From Eubacteriales bacterium (lineage in GTDB: Bacteria > Bacillota > Clostridia > Oscillospirales > SIG627): a stretch of 64,000 bases of DNA. The notes beneath the pieces were generated by a model. That model was given only the letters and a program-made list of their open reading frames with translations. It made no database searches and had not been told where the DNA came from. The stretch lies in NCBI GenBank assembly GCA_045655865.1, contig JAZOQB010000010.1, forward strand, positions 8,203-72,202. The letters run 5' to 3'. The position numbers and the translations under genes are program-made. This document shows, one piece after another, positions 53,860-63,780 of this stretch. The stretch's first letter is position 1; each line of letters starts with the position of its first letter.

Positions 53860-53917
53860 GGTGAGATTTGCGCCCCGGAAACTTATTTTGGGGATTTCGT
53901 AAAATTTCCCGAATCCC

Positions 53918-53946
53918 TTGCAAAGAGAGGGAACATCCGATATAAT
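53918..53946 (+). promoter_or_regulatory. Promoter of the LCP gene
   Basis: TTGCAA 53918-53923, 17 nt, TATAAT 53941-53946. Confidence 0.6.
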
Positions 53947-53979
53947 TGAAACAGAGATGACAGAGAAGGAGGAACGTTA

Positions 53980-54897
53980 ATGAAGCGTTCTTTGCGGGAT
54001 TATTTGCTGACGCTTTGTATTGCGATTCTGATTTTTACCGTAACGGCGTTTTTTTTGATCCAGGCCGCGGAAGGGCTCATGGGCGACGTGATCGGTAAGA
54101 TCGGCTCTCAAGGGGAAACGGTTACCACGGAGGAACCCAGTACTTTGCCCAGCCAGCCCAGCGCCACACCGGATGCGGGACAGCAAAAAGACGTGGTGGC
54201 TACCTTTCTTTTGATAGGAGTCGATCAAAACAAGCGCCAGGCTGACGCCATTTTCCTGGTTGGGATCAACCAAACAAAAAAAGAGGCTACGGTGGTGCTC
54301 ATTCCCTCCAACACCGTGGTGCCGGAAGGAACCGGTCGCTACGCGCTGGGGGATCTGTACGCCACGAAAAGTGTGAATTATTTTCAGGAATTCATTGCCC
54401 GGGAGACGGGAGTAAAGCCTGATTATTACGCGGTGATGTCCATGTCTGCTCTGTCCAATCTCATTGATTTTTTGGGTGGGATCCGGTATAACGTTCCTGA
54501 GAATATGTACGTTTTTGACCCCAATAACAATTTTAAGATCAATCTGCAGGCCGGAGCTCGGACCCTCAGCGGAGACCAGGTTCTTCAGCTGGTTTCTTAC
54601 ATGGGTTACAAAAACGGAAAGACCGGACGGGAAGACACTCAGATCACCTTTGCCAGAGCCTTTTGCAATACCTTTCTTACGCCGGAGAACCTGACTCGGT
54701 TCAAGAGCATTATGTACAACATCTATTACAACGTGGAGACCAATTTTGGCGAGGCGGATTTTAACGCTTTGAGCGATTTGATCTTCCATTTCGCTGAGTA
54801 CACGCAAAACTTCTCTCGCATCCCCGGCGGAAACAGCGGAGGGTTTTACACCATTACCAGTTCTCGGGCAAAGGCGTTGTTCGAGTCATATCAATAA
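53980..54897 (+). CDS. LytR-CpsA-Psr (LCP) family glycopolymer transferase
   Basis: N-terminal TM segment, FLLIGVDQNKRQADAIFLVGIN and VVLIPSNT. Confidence 0.8.
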   Translation: MKRSLRDYLLTLCIAILIFTVTAFFLIQAAEGLMGDVIGKIGSQGETVTTEEPSTLPSQPSATPDAGQQKDVVATFLLIGVDQNKRQADAIFLVGINQTKKEATVVLIPSNTVVPEGTGRYALGDLYATKSVNYFQEFIARETGVKPDYYAVMSMSALSNLIDFLGGIRYNVPENMYVFDPNNNFKINLQAGARTLSGDQVLQLVSYMGYKNGKTGREDTQITFARAFCNTFLTPENLTRFKSIMYNIYYNVETNFGEADFNALSDLIFHFAEYTQNFSRIPGGNSGGFYTITSSRAKALFESYQ

Positions 54898-54955
54898 ATA
54901 CGGGGAAGAAGGAGGGGCTCACCTCCTTTTTCTGTTTGGATCACCGGAGGAATCC

Positions 54956-57742
54956 ATGGACAAAACAAGAGAGCAGACCGCCCGGCCAAAAGAGGGCGCC
55001 GGGAGCGGGATCGCCCGGGCATGGACAAAGAGCATGTGTTTTTTAGAGAAGAAGCGGAAGGGACCTCTTCCCCTGGTTCTCTCCTTTCTGCTACCCTTTT
55101 TGATCTTTGCTTTGTGCCTTATCTTTCAAGGAGTCTACCCTTTTGGAGACCGGCAGATCATCAATTACGATGGCTGGCACCAGTATTACCCCTTTCTCCT
55201 CAAGCTTTGGGACCATTTCCACGAAGGAACCGGTCTTCTCTACGATTGGTCTATGGGCATGGGAACCAATTTTCTCTCCATGCTCTCCTATTACGGCTCC
55301 AGCCCCTTAAATCTCCTTTTGGTACTGGTTCCTGTAAGGGAATTCCGGGTGCTGTTCACCTTGCTTGTTTGTTTGCGCATTGGCGCGGCCGGGCTATTTA
55401 CCGGGCTTTTTTTGAAAAGAATTTTTAAAAACCCCGGTTGGTCGATCGCCTTTTTTGCCGCCGGCTACGCTCTTTCCGGTTATTTTTTGGGCTACTACTG
55501 GAATAATATGTGGTTGGATACCGTGGCCCTTTATCCCCTTTTGTGTCTGGCTACCGTCAAGCTTTTTCGGGAGGGGAAAAGTTGGCTTTACGTTCTGGTT
55601 TTGGCTTTGAGCCTGTTTTCCAATTACTACATTGGCTACATGAGCGCTCTGTTTACCGTTTTGGTGTTTTTCGCTTTGTGTATTCTGGACCGGGTGGGCT
55701 TTTTGGATTTTTTAAAAAAAGGCTTCCGATTGCTCATAGCTACCCTTTTGGGTGCGGGTCTTACCGCCGTTTTGCTCTTACCCGCTTTTTTTGGACTTCT
55801 CAATACCGTCTCGACCACCGACCCTGCGCCGGTGTACGTCAGCTTTTATGAATCGGTGCGTGATCTGATCACCCCACTCTCTTCCTTCCATGCTCCCACG
55901 GTCATGGAGGGCTTGCCCAATCTTTCCACGGCAGCGCTTCTTTCTCTGTTTGCTTTCGGCTTTTTTTGGGCAAAGAAGATCGCCTTGCGGGAAAAGCTGG
56001 TGTTTTTTGCAGTACTTTTGTTCCTTCTTTTCTCGATGAATTTTAGCGTGCTCAATTATATTTGGCACGGTATGCACTTTACCAATATGATCCCCTACCG
56101 ATTTGCGTTTCTCTTTTCTTTTGTGGTGGTGGTCATGGCCTATCGGTATTACAAAACGGCTCTGCCTCACTTCGACTGGATCGATGCGGTGGGAATGCTC
56201 CTTTTTGCCGCGCTTCTTATGATTTGCGCTTTTGGCTTTTATCCCAACGGAAGCGTTTTGGGGACGGTGGCGGTGGTGGCGCTTGCCGTGGTGGCGTTGG
56301 TGTTTTGTTCGGTGGGGATCATCTCCCGCAGGACGCTGACCCTTTTTGTCTGCGGCACCCTGACGGTGGAACTTTGCGTGAACGCGGCGCTGGGAACCGG
56401 GGCTGTGGGAAATACCAGCTACTCCGAGTACTTTGATACCAAGCGGGGAGAGGAAATGGAGACCCTGGTGGAGAAAGTGAAAGAAATGGAGGCACAAAGC
56501 CAGGATTTTTACAGAATGGAGAGCACCGAGTGGCGGAGCTTGAACGATTCTTGCTTTTACAATTACAACGGGATCTCTCAGTTTGCATCTTCTGCCAACG
56601 TGAACGTATCTACGTTTCTCCAAGCTCTGGGAATGCCTGCGGATCCGGGGAGCAACCGTTTTGTTTACGTTCACGGAACGCCCCTGGCAGATACCCTTTT
56701 GGGCGTAAAATATCTGGTACAGAAAAGCGGATATTTGTCTGACACGGGAATGACTTTGCTTTCCGCTCCCAAAAACGGCTCCACTTCCGCTCTCTACCAA
56801 ACCTCCTCCTTTGCCGGACTTGGCTTTCTTTTGGAAGAGGAGGCGGGAGACTTCCAATTCGATTCGACTCAGAAGCCCTATGAAAAACAAAACGCTCTGT
56901 TTCGTGCTCTGACGGGACTCAAGGGAGATCTGTTTTCCGTAGTTGCCCCGTCCGGGGGAGAGCATATGGGCCTTTCCGTTCAAGACGAAGGGGAAGGGAA
57001 ATACCGCTTTTCCTGGCAGGAGGGTGAGGAGTCGTCCCCACGGGTGCTTCGCTTTTCCTATACCTTGCCCCAAACGGGGATGGTCTACATTTATGCCGAC
57101 GTTCCTCTGGCAAATTTTACGCAAGTCAATAACGCTTGGCATTGCATTGAGGACTATCCCAATTTCTTCTCTGCCGGATACTTTCGGGAGGGAGAGGAAT
57201 TTTCTTTGCGTACCGTAATTCAGGAGGAGACCCAAGAGGCGTTTTCCGATACCGCTACCTTCTACGTTTGCACCATGGACCAGGCCCTTTGGGAAGAGGG
57301 ACTGGAAAAGATCAAAGATGAGAAGCTTGTCATTACCTCTTTTGAGGATACTGAAGTGGAAGGGAAGATCACGGCCGGCGCCGACGGGTATCTTTACACC
57401 TCGATCCCCTGGGAACCGGGCGCCTGGCGGGTATGGGTAGATGGAAAAGAGGTGCAAGCGGTGCCCTTTGCCGGATCCTTTGTGGGGCTATACCTGACAC
57501 AAGGGGAGCACACCGTCACCTTTTCCTACTCACCCAAGGGCTTTGCTATCGGGGCGTACATCACGGCGGGATCGGTTTTGCTCTTCGTGCTCCTTTGTAT
57601 CTTTGAGGCGCGCGGAAAGGGGCTGTTTCCGGAAAAGCCCCGGGCGCTACCCCCGGAGACCGAAGAAAAGCCGGGAGAAGAAAATCCAGGAGAAGAAAAT
57701 GACCGTTCAGAAGTTGATGAGTCTTACCCGGAAGGGGATTGA
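54956..57742 (+). CDS. YfhO-family polytopic membrane glycosyltransferase
   Basis: 928 aa with about 13 TM segments followed by a large extracytoplasmic C-terminal domain and an acidic tail. The start is not refined. Confidence 0.7.
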   Translation: MDKTREQTARPKEGAGSGIARAWTKSMCFLEKKRKGPLPLVLSFLLPFLIFALCLIFQGVYPFGDRQIINYDGWHQYYPFLLKLWDHFHEGTGLLYDWSMGMGTNFLSMLSYYGSSPLNLLLVLVPVREFRVLFTLLVCLRIGAAGLFTGLFLKRIFKNPGWSIAFFAAGYALSGYFLGYYWNNMWLDTVALYPLLCLATVKLFREGKSWLYVLVLALSLFSNYYIGYMSALFTVLVFFALCILDRVGFLDFLKKGFRLLIATLLGAGLTAVLLLPAFFGLLNTVSTTDPAPVYVSFYESVRDLITPLSSFHAPTVMEGLPNLSTAALLSLFAFGFFWAKKIALREKLVFFAVLLFLLFSMNFSVLNYIWHGMHFTNMIPYRFAFLFSFVVVVMAYRYYKTALPHFDWIDAVGMLLFAALLMICAFGFYPNGSVLGTVAVVALAVVALVFCSVGIISRRTLTLFVCGTLTVELCVNAALGTGAVGNTSYSEYFDTKRGEEMETLVEKVKEMEAQSQDFYRMESTEWRSLNDSCFYNYNGISQFASSANVNVSTFLQALGMPADPGSNRFVYVHGTPLADTLLGVKYLVQKSGYLSDTGMTLLSAPKNGSTSALYQTSSFAGLGFLLEEEAGDFQFDSTQKPYEKQNALFRALTGLKGDLFSVVAPSGGEHMGLSVQDEGEGKYRFSWQEGEESSPRVLRFSYTLPQTGMVYIYADVPLANFTQVNNAWHCIEDYPNFFSAGYFREGEEFSLRTVIQEETQEAFSDTATFYVCTMDQALWEEGLEKIKDEKLVITSFEDTEVEGKITAGADGYLYTSIPWEPGAWRVWVDGKEVQAVPFAGSFVGLYLTQGEHTVTFSYSPKGFAIGAYITAGSVLLFVLLCIFEARGKGLFPEKPRALPPETEEKPGEENPGEENDRSEVDESYPEGD

Positions 57743-58433
57743 CGATTTTTCCATGGTAGAAGAGGGGGATCGGATCGCCGTGGGCGTGTCCGGGGGGAAG
57801 GATTCCTTGGCCCTTGTCACGGCCCTTGCCCATCTTTCCCGCTTTTACCCGAAAAAATTTACCGTGGTGGGAATCACCGTGGACCTGGGATTTCCCGGGG
57901 CGGATTTTTCTCCCATCGCCCGGTATCTGGAAGGGCTTGGCGTGGAGTATCACGTGGAGAAGACCGACATTGGCAAGGTCGTGTTCGATATGCGAAAAGA
58001 AAAGAATCCCTGTTCCCTTTGTTCGAAAATGAAGCGGGGGGTTCTGTGCAGCACCGCCCGGGAGCTGGGTTGCAATAAGTTGGCCCTGGCCCATCACCGG
58101 GATGACGTGATCGACACGTTTCTCTTAAATCTTTTTTACGCCGGAAGGATCGACACCTTTTTGCCGGTGACCGATCTTGACAAGACCGGCGTTGTGGTGA
58201 TCCGCCCCTTTCTTTACGTGGAAGAAAAGGAGCTGGTCTATTTTGCCGGTCGCAATCCCATGCCGGTCTGCTCCTCTCTTTGTCCGGCAGACAAACACAC
58301 GTCCCGGGAGGATGTGAAGGTTCTCCTTCGCACCCTGGCGCGGGAGAATCCCGACATTAAGGCAAAGATCTTCGGCGCCATTCAACGGGCCGGACTTCTG
58401 AACCGGGAGAAAAATAATACCATTCGCCTCTAG
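57699..58433 (+). CDS. PP-loop ATPase of the TtcA (tRNA 2-thiocytidine) family
   Basis: VGVSGGKDSLAL (PP-loop), CSLCSKMKRG, HHRDD. The ATG at 57699 overlaps the yfhO 3-prime end. Confidence 0.75.
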   Translation: MTVQKLMSLTRKGIDDFSMVEEGDRIAVGVSGGKDSLALVTALAHLSRFYPKKFTVVGITVDLGFPGADFSPIARYLEGLGVEYHVEKTDIGKVVFDMRKEKNPCSLCSKMKRGVLCSTARELGCNKLALAHHRDDVIDTFLLNLFYAGRIDTFLPVTDLDKTGVVVIRPFLYVEEKELVYFAGRNPMPVCSSLCPADKHTSREDVKVLLRTLARENPDIKAKIFGAIQRAGLLNREKNNTIRL

Positions 58434-58478
58434 CTTCTCCCAGAATGTGAAAAAATTGTTAACAATAGAAGCAACTGC

Positions 58479-58506
58479 TTGAAATTTACCCGGGTTGGGG
58501 TATAAT
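58479..58506 (+). promoter_or_regulatory. groESL promoter
   Basis: TTGAAA 58479-58484, 16 nt, TATAAT 58501-58506. Confidence 0.65.
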
Positions 58507-58517
58507 AATATTGGAAT

Positions 58518-58544
58518 TTAGCACTCGAGATAGAAGAGTGCTAA
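58518..58544 (+). promoter_or_regulatory. CIRCE operator (HrcA binding site)
   Basis: Perfect TTAGCACTC-N9-GAGTGCTAA. Confidence 0.95.
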
Positions 58545-58862
<318 letters not shown>

Positions 58863-58875
58863 GGAGGTTTTCATT

Positions 58876-60510
58876 ATGGCAAAAGATATTCTTTACGGCA
58901 TTGAAGCCAGAACCAAACTCATGCAGGGCATCGACCAGCTTGCCAATGCGGTGAAGTCCACCATCGGCCCCAAAGGCAGAAACGTAGTTTTGGACAAGAA
59001 ATTCGGTTCTCCTCTGATCACCAACGACGGTGTGACCATCGCCAAGGAGATCGAACTTCCCGATCCCTTTGAAAATATGGGTGCGCAGCTTGTGAGAGAG
59101 GTTGCCGTTAAGACCAACGACGCCGCCGGCGACGGTACTACCACCGCCACTGTTTTGGCGCAGGCCTTCGTTCGCGAGGGAATGAAGAACGTTACCGCGG
59201 GCGCCAATCCCATGGTGATCAAAAAAGGTATCTCCAAGGCAGTTGACTGTGCCATCGCTCAGCTCAAGGCCAACTCCAAGCCTGTTTCCGGTAAGGAAGA
59301 CATCATCCGCGTCGGTACCATTTCCGGCGGGGATCAGATTTTGGGAAATCTCATTGCCGACGCCATGGAAAAGGTTTCCGCTGACGGGGTCATTACCGTG
59401 GAAGAGAGCAAGTCTGCCGAGACCTATTGCGAAGTGGTAGAGGGTATGCAGTTTGACCGCGGATACCTCTCCCCCTATATGGTTACCGATACCGATAAGA
59501 TGGAGGCCGTGTTTGACGATGCCATCCTTCTGATCACCGATAAGAAGATCTCCAACATTCAGGAGATCCTGCCCTTGCTGGAGCAGGTTATGCAGTCCGG
59601 CAAGAAGCTGGTGATCATTGCCGAGGACGTGGAGGGCGAAGCTCTTTCCACTCTGCTTGTAAACAAGCTCCGCGGCACCTTTACCTGCGCTGCTGTGAAG
59701 GCACCCGGTTTCGGTGATCGCAGAAAAGATATGCTTCAGGACATTGCCATTCTCACCGGAGGAACCGTGATCTCTTCCGATCTGGGTCTGGAACTGAAAG
59801 AGACCACCCTGGCTATGCTCGGTAAGGCCAAACAGGTCAAGATCACCAAGGAGAACACCATCATCGTAGGCGGTCAGGGCGACGCTCAGGCCATCCGCGA
59901 TCGCATCGCTTCCATTCGCTCCAACATTGAGACCACCACCAGCGATTTCGACCGTGAAAAGCTCCAGGAGAGACTGGCAAAGCTGGCTGGCGGCGTTGCG
60001 GTGATCAAGGTGGGTGCTGCCACTGAGGCAGAAATGAAAGATAAGAAACTTCGCGTGGAAGATGCGCTCAACGCCACTCGTGCCGCTGTGGAAGAGGGCA
60101 TTGTGCCCGGTGGCGGCGTTGCTCTGCTCAACACCGTTTCCGCTGTTCGCGCTCTCTTGGATCAGACCGAAGGGGAAGAGAAGATCGGTGTTCAGATCGT
60201 TCTGCGCGCGCTGGAAGATCCTTGCCGTCAGATCGCTGCCAACGCCGGCTTTGAGGAGAGCGTGATTGTGGATAAGATCCTCTCTTCCGGAAAGGTAGCT
60301 TACGGCTTTAACGCTTACACCGAGGAGTATGTGGACATGTACGAGGCCGGGATCATCGATCCTACCAAGGTGACCCGTTCCGCTCTGGCCAACGCCTCCA
60401 GCGTTGCCGCTATGGTTCTCACCACGGAAGTTCTGGTAGCAGAGAAGAAAGAAGACGCTCAGGCTGCTATGGCCGCTCAGGCTGCTGCCGCCGGCGGCGG
60501 AATGTATTAA
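58876..60510 (+). CDS. groEL: Chaperonin GroEL
   Basis: [13 protein letters not shown], and a C-terminal GGM-type tail AAAGGGMY. Confidence 0.97.
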   Translation: MAKDILYGIEARTKLMQGIDQLANAVKSTIGPKGRNVVLDKKFGSPLITNDGVTIAKEIELPDPFENMGAQLVREVAVKTNDAAGDGTTTATVLAQAFVREGMKNVTAGANPMVIKKGISKAVDCAIAQLKANSKPVSGKEDIIRVGTISGGDQILGNLIADAMEKVSADGVITVEESKSAETYCEVVEGMQFDRGYLSPYMVTDTDKMEAVFDDAILLITDKKISNIQEILPLLEQVMQSGKKLVIIAEDVEGEALSTLLVNKLRGTFTCAAVKAPGFGDRRKDMLQDIAILTGGTVISSDLGLELKETTLAMLGKAKQVKITKENTIIVGGQGDAQAIRDRIASIRSNIETTTSDFDREKLQERLAKLAGGVAVIKVGAATEAEMKDKKLRVEDALNATRAAVEEGIVPGGGVALLNTVSAVRALLDQTEGEEKIGVQIVLRALEDPCRQIAANAGFEESVIVDKILSSGKVAYGFNAYTEEYVDMYEAGIIDPTKVTRSALANASSVAAMVLTTEVLVAEKKEDAQAAMAAQAAAAGGGMY

Positions 60511-60530
60511 GCGCCAAAAATTTCCAAACA

Positions 60531-60563
60531 AAAAAGGTCGAGGGAAAAAGCCTCGACCTTTTT
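60531..60563. terminator. Bidirectional terminator between groEL and uppP
   Basis: AAAAAGGTCGAGG gaaaaag CCTCGACCTTTTT. Confidence 0.85.
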
Positions 60564-60604
60564 CTTCGTTTTTTCTATTGCCGGGATCGGTCTGGGTAAC
60601 GGTT

Positions 60605-61441
60605 TCAAGCCAAAAGGCCAAAATACAAGAGTACCAGGGCACCCAGGGCGATGCGGTACCATCCGAAAGCGGCAAAGCTGTGCTTTTTGATAAAGTCCAT
60701 AAGAAAACGGATCACAAACAGAGAGGTCAAGAAGGCTACCAGACAGCCCACAAGGAGAATCGTGGCTTGACCTAGGGTAAAGGCAAATCCGAACTTTAAA
60801 AGCTTTAAGCCGGAATAGCCCAGCATCACCGGAACCGCCAAAAAGAAGGTGAATTCCGCGGCGGCAACACGGCTGACTCCGCACAGGAGCGCGCCCACGA
60901 TGGTAGAGCCCGAGCGGGAAGTGCCGGGAATGATGGAAAGCACCTGGAACAGCCCGATGCAAAGGGCATCTTTGTAGGTAATTTCCGAGAGGGAATTGAC
61001 CCGCATTGTTTTGCCCTTGTTCTTCTTTTCAATAAAGAGGAAGGCGATGCCGTACAGGACCAGCGCCAGAGCAATGACGGTGGGGGTATGAAGGTGGGCG
61101 TCGATAAAGTCGTCAAAAAGCAGGGTTACAACGGCGCCGGGCACGCAGGCCACCACCACCTTAAACCATAGGGAGAACACATCCTTGCGTACAACGCTCC
61201 GGGTCTTGTCCTTGAACTGAAAGGGGAACATTTTTTCCCAAAAGAGAAGAACCACAGCGAAAATTGCCCCCAATTGGATGACGATGAAGAACATTTCTTT
61301 GAAAGCCACGTTTTGATTTAAGGTGAAAAATTCATCCACCAAGAGCATATGCCCGGTACTGGAGATGGGAAGCCACTCGGTGATCCCTTCCACAAGGCCC
61401 AGAATGATGACCTTCAACAGTTCGAAAATCTGATCCAGCAT
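60605..61441 (-). CDS. uppP: Undecaprenyl-diphosphate phosphatase
   Basis: LVEGITEWLPISSTGHM and PGTSRSGSTI motifs. The ATG at 61441 has an AAAGGAGAG Shine-Dalgarno. Confidence 0.9.
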   Translation of the reverse strand: MLDQIFELLKVIILGLVEGITEWLPISSTGHMLLVDEFFTLNQNVAFKEMFFIVIQLGAIFAVVLLFWEKMFPFQFKDKTRSVVRKDVFSLWFKVVVACVPGAVVTLLFDDFIDAHLHTPTVIALALVLYGIAFLFIEKKNKGKTMRVNSLSEITYKDALCIGLFQVLSIIPGTSRSGSTIVGALLCGVSRVAAAEFTFFLAVPVMLGYSGLKLLKFGFAFTLGQATILLVGCLVAFLTSLFVIRFLMDFIKKHSFAAFGWYRIALGALVLLYFGLLA

Positions 61442-61535
61442 GATCTCTCCTTTTGCACGTTCATTTGATAGATTGTATGTGGAAAACTTACGGTTATTGT
61501 ACCATAAACTTTCCCCCTTGTAAAGAAAAATAGGC

Positions 61536-61564
61536 TTGACAAGGCCCGGGTTTGGCTTTATAAT
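61536..61564 (+). promoter_or_regulatory. thrS promoter
   Basis: TTGACA 61536-61541, 17 nt, TATAAT 61559-61564. Confidence 0.7.
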
Positions 61565-61570
61565 CGTTCT

Positions 61571-61791
61571 CAAGGAACAAGCGGAAAGAAAAAGCGCTCA
61601 CAAGAGAGGCAGGCAAGGTGAAAGCTGCCGGGCGACCTTCTTTTTGTACCATCCTTCTCAGGTCCCGCAGGAAATGGCGGCGCCCCCCGGCGAAACAGGG
61701 GAAAACGAAGAGCAGACGTTATCGTCTGAATTCGGGTGGAACCGTGGGAATATTCTCACCCCGAAAGCCAGAGCTTTCGGGGTATTTTTTT
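61571..61791 (+). promoter_or_regulatory. T-box leader (probable Thr ACC specifier) of thrS
   Basis: AGAGA and GGTGAAAG stem-I elements. Candidate specifier ACC at 61648-61650 followed by A. T-box AATTCGGGTGGAACCGTGGG at 61729-61748. Terminator ACCCCGAAAGC caga GCTTTCGGGGT plus T-run at 61758-61791. Confidence 0.8.
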
Positions 61792-61819
61792 ATCCCAAAA
61801 CAAGATTCAGGAGGAAACC

Positions 61820-63586
61820 ATGAAAGTAATTTACAGCGACGGCAAGGTCCGGGACGATCTTTCTTTGGAGGAAGAGCTGCACGTCATCCGCCACACGGCG
61901 GCCCACGTCTGCGCCCAGGCGATCAAAAGGCTTTATCCCCAGGCAGACTTTGCCTTTGGTCCGGCTACGGAGAAGGGCTTTTATTACGACGTGGATCTGG
62001 GCGAGGAAAAGCTTTCGGATGAAGATCTTTTGCGCATCGAGAATGAAATGCGCAAGATCGTGAAGGAAAATCTTCCCATTAAGCCCTTTATCTTGCCAAG
62101 AGAAGAGGCCATCGCTCTCATGGAAGAGCGCCAGGAAAAATACAAGGTGGAGCACATTGGAGATCTGGATGTAAACGAGCCCATCAGCTTCTATCAGCAG
62201 GGTGAGTACATCGATATGTGTGTGGGTCCTCACCTGACCTATACCAAAGCGCTGAAGGCCTTTAAGATCACCCAGCAGTCCGGCGCTTACTGGAAAAACG
62301 ACAAGAACAATAAGATGCTCACTCGCATTGGCGGAATCGCTTTCCGTTCTCAAGAGGAGATGGATGAGTATCTGCGCCTGATGGAAGAAGCGGAGAAACG
62401 GGATCACCGCCGCATCGGAAAAGAGATGGGACTTTTTATGATCTGTGAGGAAGGCCCGGGATTTCCCTTTTTCTTGCCCAAGGGCACTGCTTTGAAAAAT
62501 GCTCTTATCGATTATTGGCGTCAGATCCATTACCGGGATCATTACGTGGAAGTTGCCACGCCCATGATCATGAACCGCGCGCTTTGGGAAACCAGCGGTC
62601 ACTGGGATCACTACAAGGACAATATGTATTCCACCACCATTGACGAGGAAACCTATTGCATTAAGCCCATGAACTGTCCCGGCGGGGTGATGGTATACCG
62701 TTCTTCCCCCCACTCGTATCGGGATCTTCCCATTCGAATGGGAGAGCTTGGCCTTGTGCATCGCCATGAACTGCGTGGCGCGCTCCACGGACTTTTCCGG
62801 GTTCGTTGCTTTACCCAGGATGACGCTCATATCTTCATGCGCCCGGACCAGATCACCGATGAGATCATGGGAGTGGTGGGTCTGATCAACGAGGTTTATA
62901 CCAAATTTGGATTTAAGTACTTTATTGAGCTTTCCACCCGTCCCGAGGACTCTATGGGCAGCGACGAGGATTGGGAAGCGGCTACCCAGGGACTGAAGAA
63001 CGCTCTGGAAAAACTGGGCTTGGATTACATTATCAACGAAGGGGACGGCGCATTTTACGGCCCCAAGATCGACTTCCACCTGGAGGACAGCCTGGGCAGA
63101 AGCTGGCAGTGCGGAACCATTCAGCTGGACTTCCAGATGCCCATTAACTTCGGTTTGGAATACGTGGATGAGACGGGCGCCAAGAAAAAGCCCATTATGA
63201 TTCACCGGGTTTGCTTTGGCTCCATTGAGCGTTTCATTGGAATCTTGACTGAGCACTTTGCAGGAAAATTCCCTGCTTGGCTGGCTCCTGTGCAAGTGAA
63301 GGTGTTGCCGGTTTCCGAAAAGAGCGCTGAGTATTCCGCTCAGGTTTATGAGGCGATTCGCGCCGCGGGAATTCGCTGCGAGCTGGATGAGAGAAACGAG
63401 AAGATCGGTTATAAGATCCGGGAAGCTCAGGCGGTGGACCGGGTTCCCTATATGCTGATTTTGGGAGGCAAGGAAGTGGAGGAGGGAACGGTATCTGTGA
63501 GAAATCGCGATACGGCTCAAACCGAGACCATGACCCTCGAGGCGTTCCTGGAAAAAATCAAGAAAGAGATCCAAGATCGGGTATAA
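61820..63586 (+). CDS. thrS: Threonine--tRNA ligase lacking most of the N-terminal TGS domain
   Basis: The editing-domain motif IRHTAAHV occurs at residue 22-29. Class II core motifs are present (HRHELRG, FTQDDAHIF, GSIERF). AGGAGGAAACC Shine-Dalgarno before the ATG at 61820. The upstream track extension overlaps the T-box terminator. Confidence 0.93.
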   Translation: MKVIYSDGKVRDDLSLEEELHVIRHTAAHVCAQAIKRLYPQADFAFGPATEKGFYYDVDLGEEKLSDEDLLRIENEMRKIVKENLPIKPFILPREEAIALMEERQEKYKVEHIGDLDVNEPISFYQQGEYIDMCVGPHLTYTKALKAFKITQQSGAYWKNDKNNKMLTRIGGIAFRSQEEMDEYLRLMEEAEKRDHRRIGKEMGLFMICEEGPGFPFFLPKGTALKNALIDYWRQIHYRDHYVEVATPMIMNRALWETSGHWDHYKDNMYSTTIDEETYCIKPMNCPGGVMVYRSSPHSYRDLPIRMGELGLVHRHELRGALHGLFRVRCFTQDDAHIFMRPDQITDEIMGVVGLINEVYTKFGFKYFIELSTRPEDSMGSDEDWEAATQGLKNALEKLGLDYIINEGDGAFYGPKIDFHLEDSLGRSWQCGTIQLDFQMPINFGLEYVDETGAKKKPIMIHRVCFGSIERFIGILTEHFAGKFPAWLAPVQVKVLPVSEKSAEYSAQVYEAIRAAGIRCELDERNEKIGYKIREAQAVDRVPYMLILGGKEVEEGTVSVRNRDTAQTETMTLEAFLEKIKKEIQDRV

Positions 63587-63596
63587 AAAGAGACCC

Positions 63597-63632
63597 AAGG
63601 GAGATGCGCCGTTTGGCCATCTCCCTTTTTCT
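63597..63632 (+). terminator. thrS terminator
   Basis: GGGAGATG..GCC gttt GGC..CATCTCCC plus T-run. Confidence 0.8.
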
Positions 63633-63705
63633 TTCTAAAAAAGCTCTCGCTTGCGAGTGTCGGCGTGGGTCAGATGGTTTGAAAATAAAATACTTGACGA
63701 ATATA

Positions 63706-63741
63706 AAAGAGGCGCTTTCCCGGGGGAAAGTGCCTCTTTTT
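63706..63741. terminator. Bidirectional terminator downstream of the symporter gene
   Basis: AAAGAGGCGCTTTCC cggg GGAAAGTGCCTCTTT. Confidence 0.75.
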
Positions 63742-63780
63742 GTGATAATAATTGACTTGGATGTGTTTTGCCGTTTGGGT

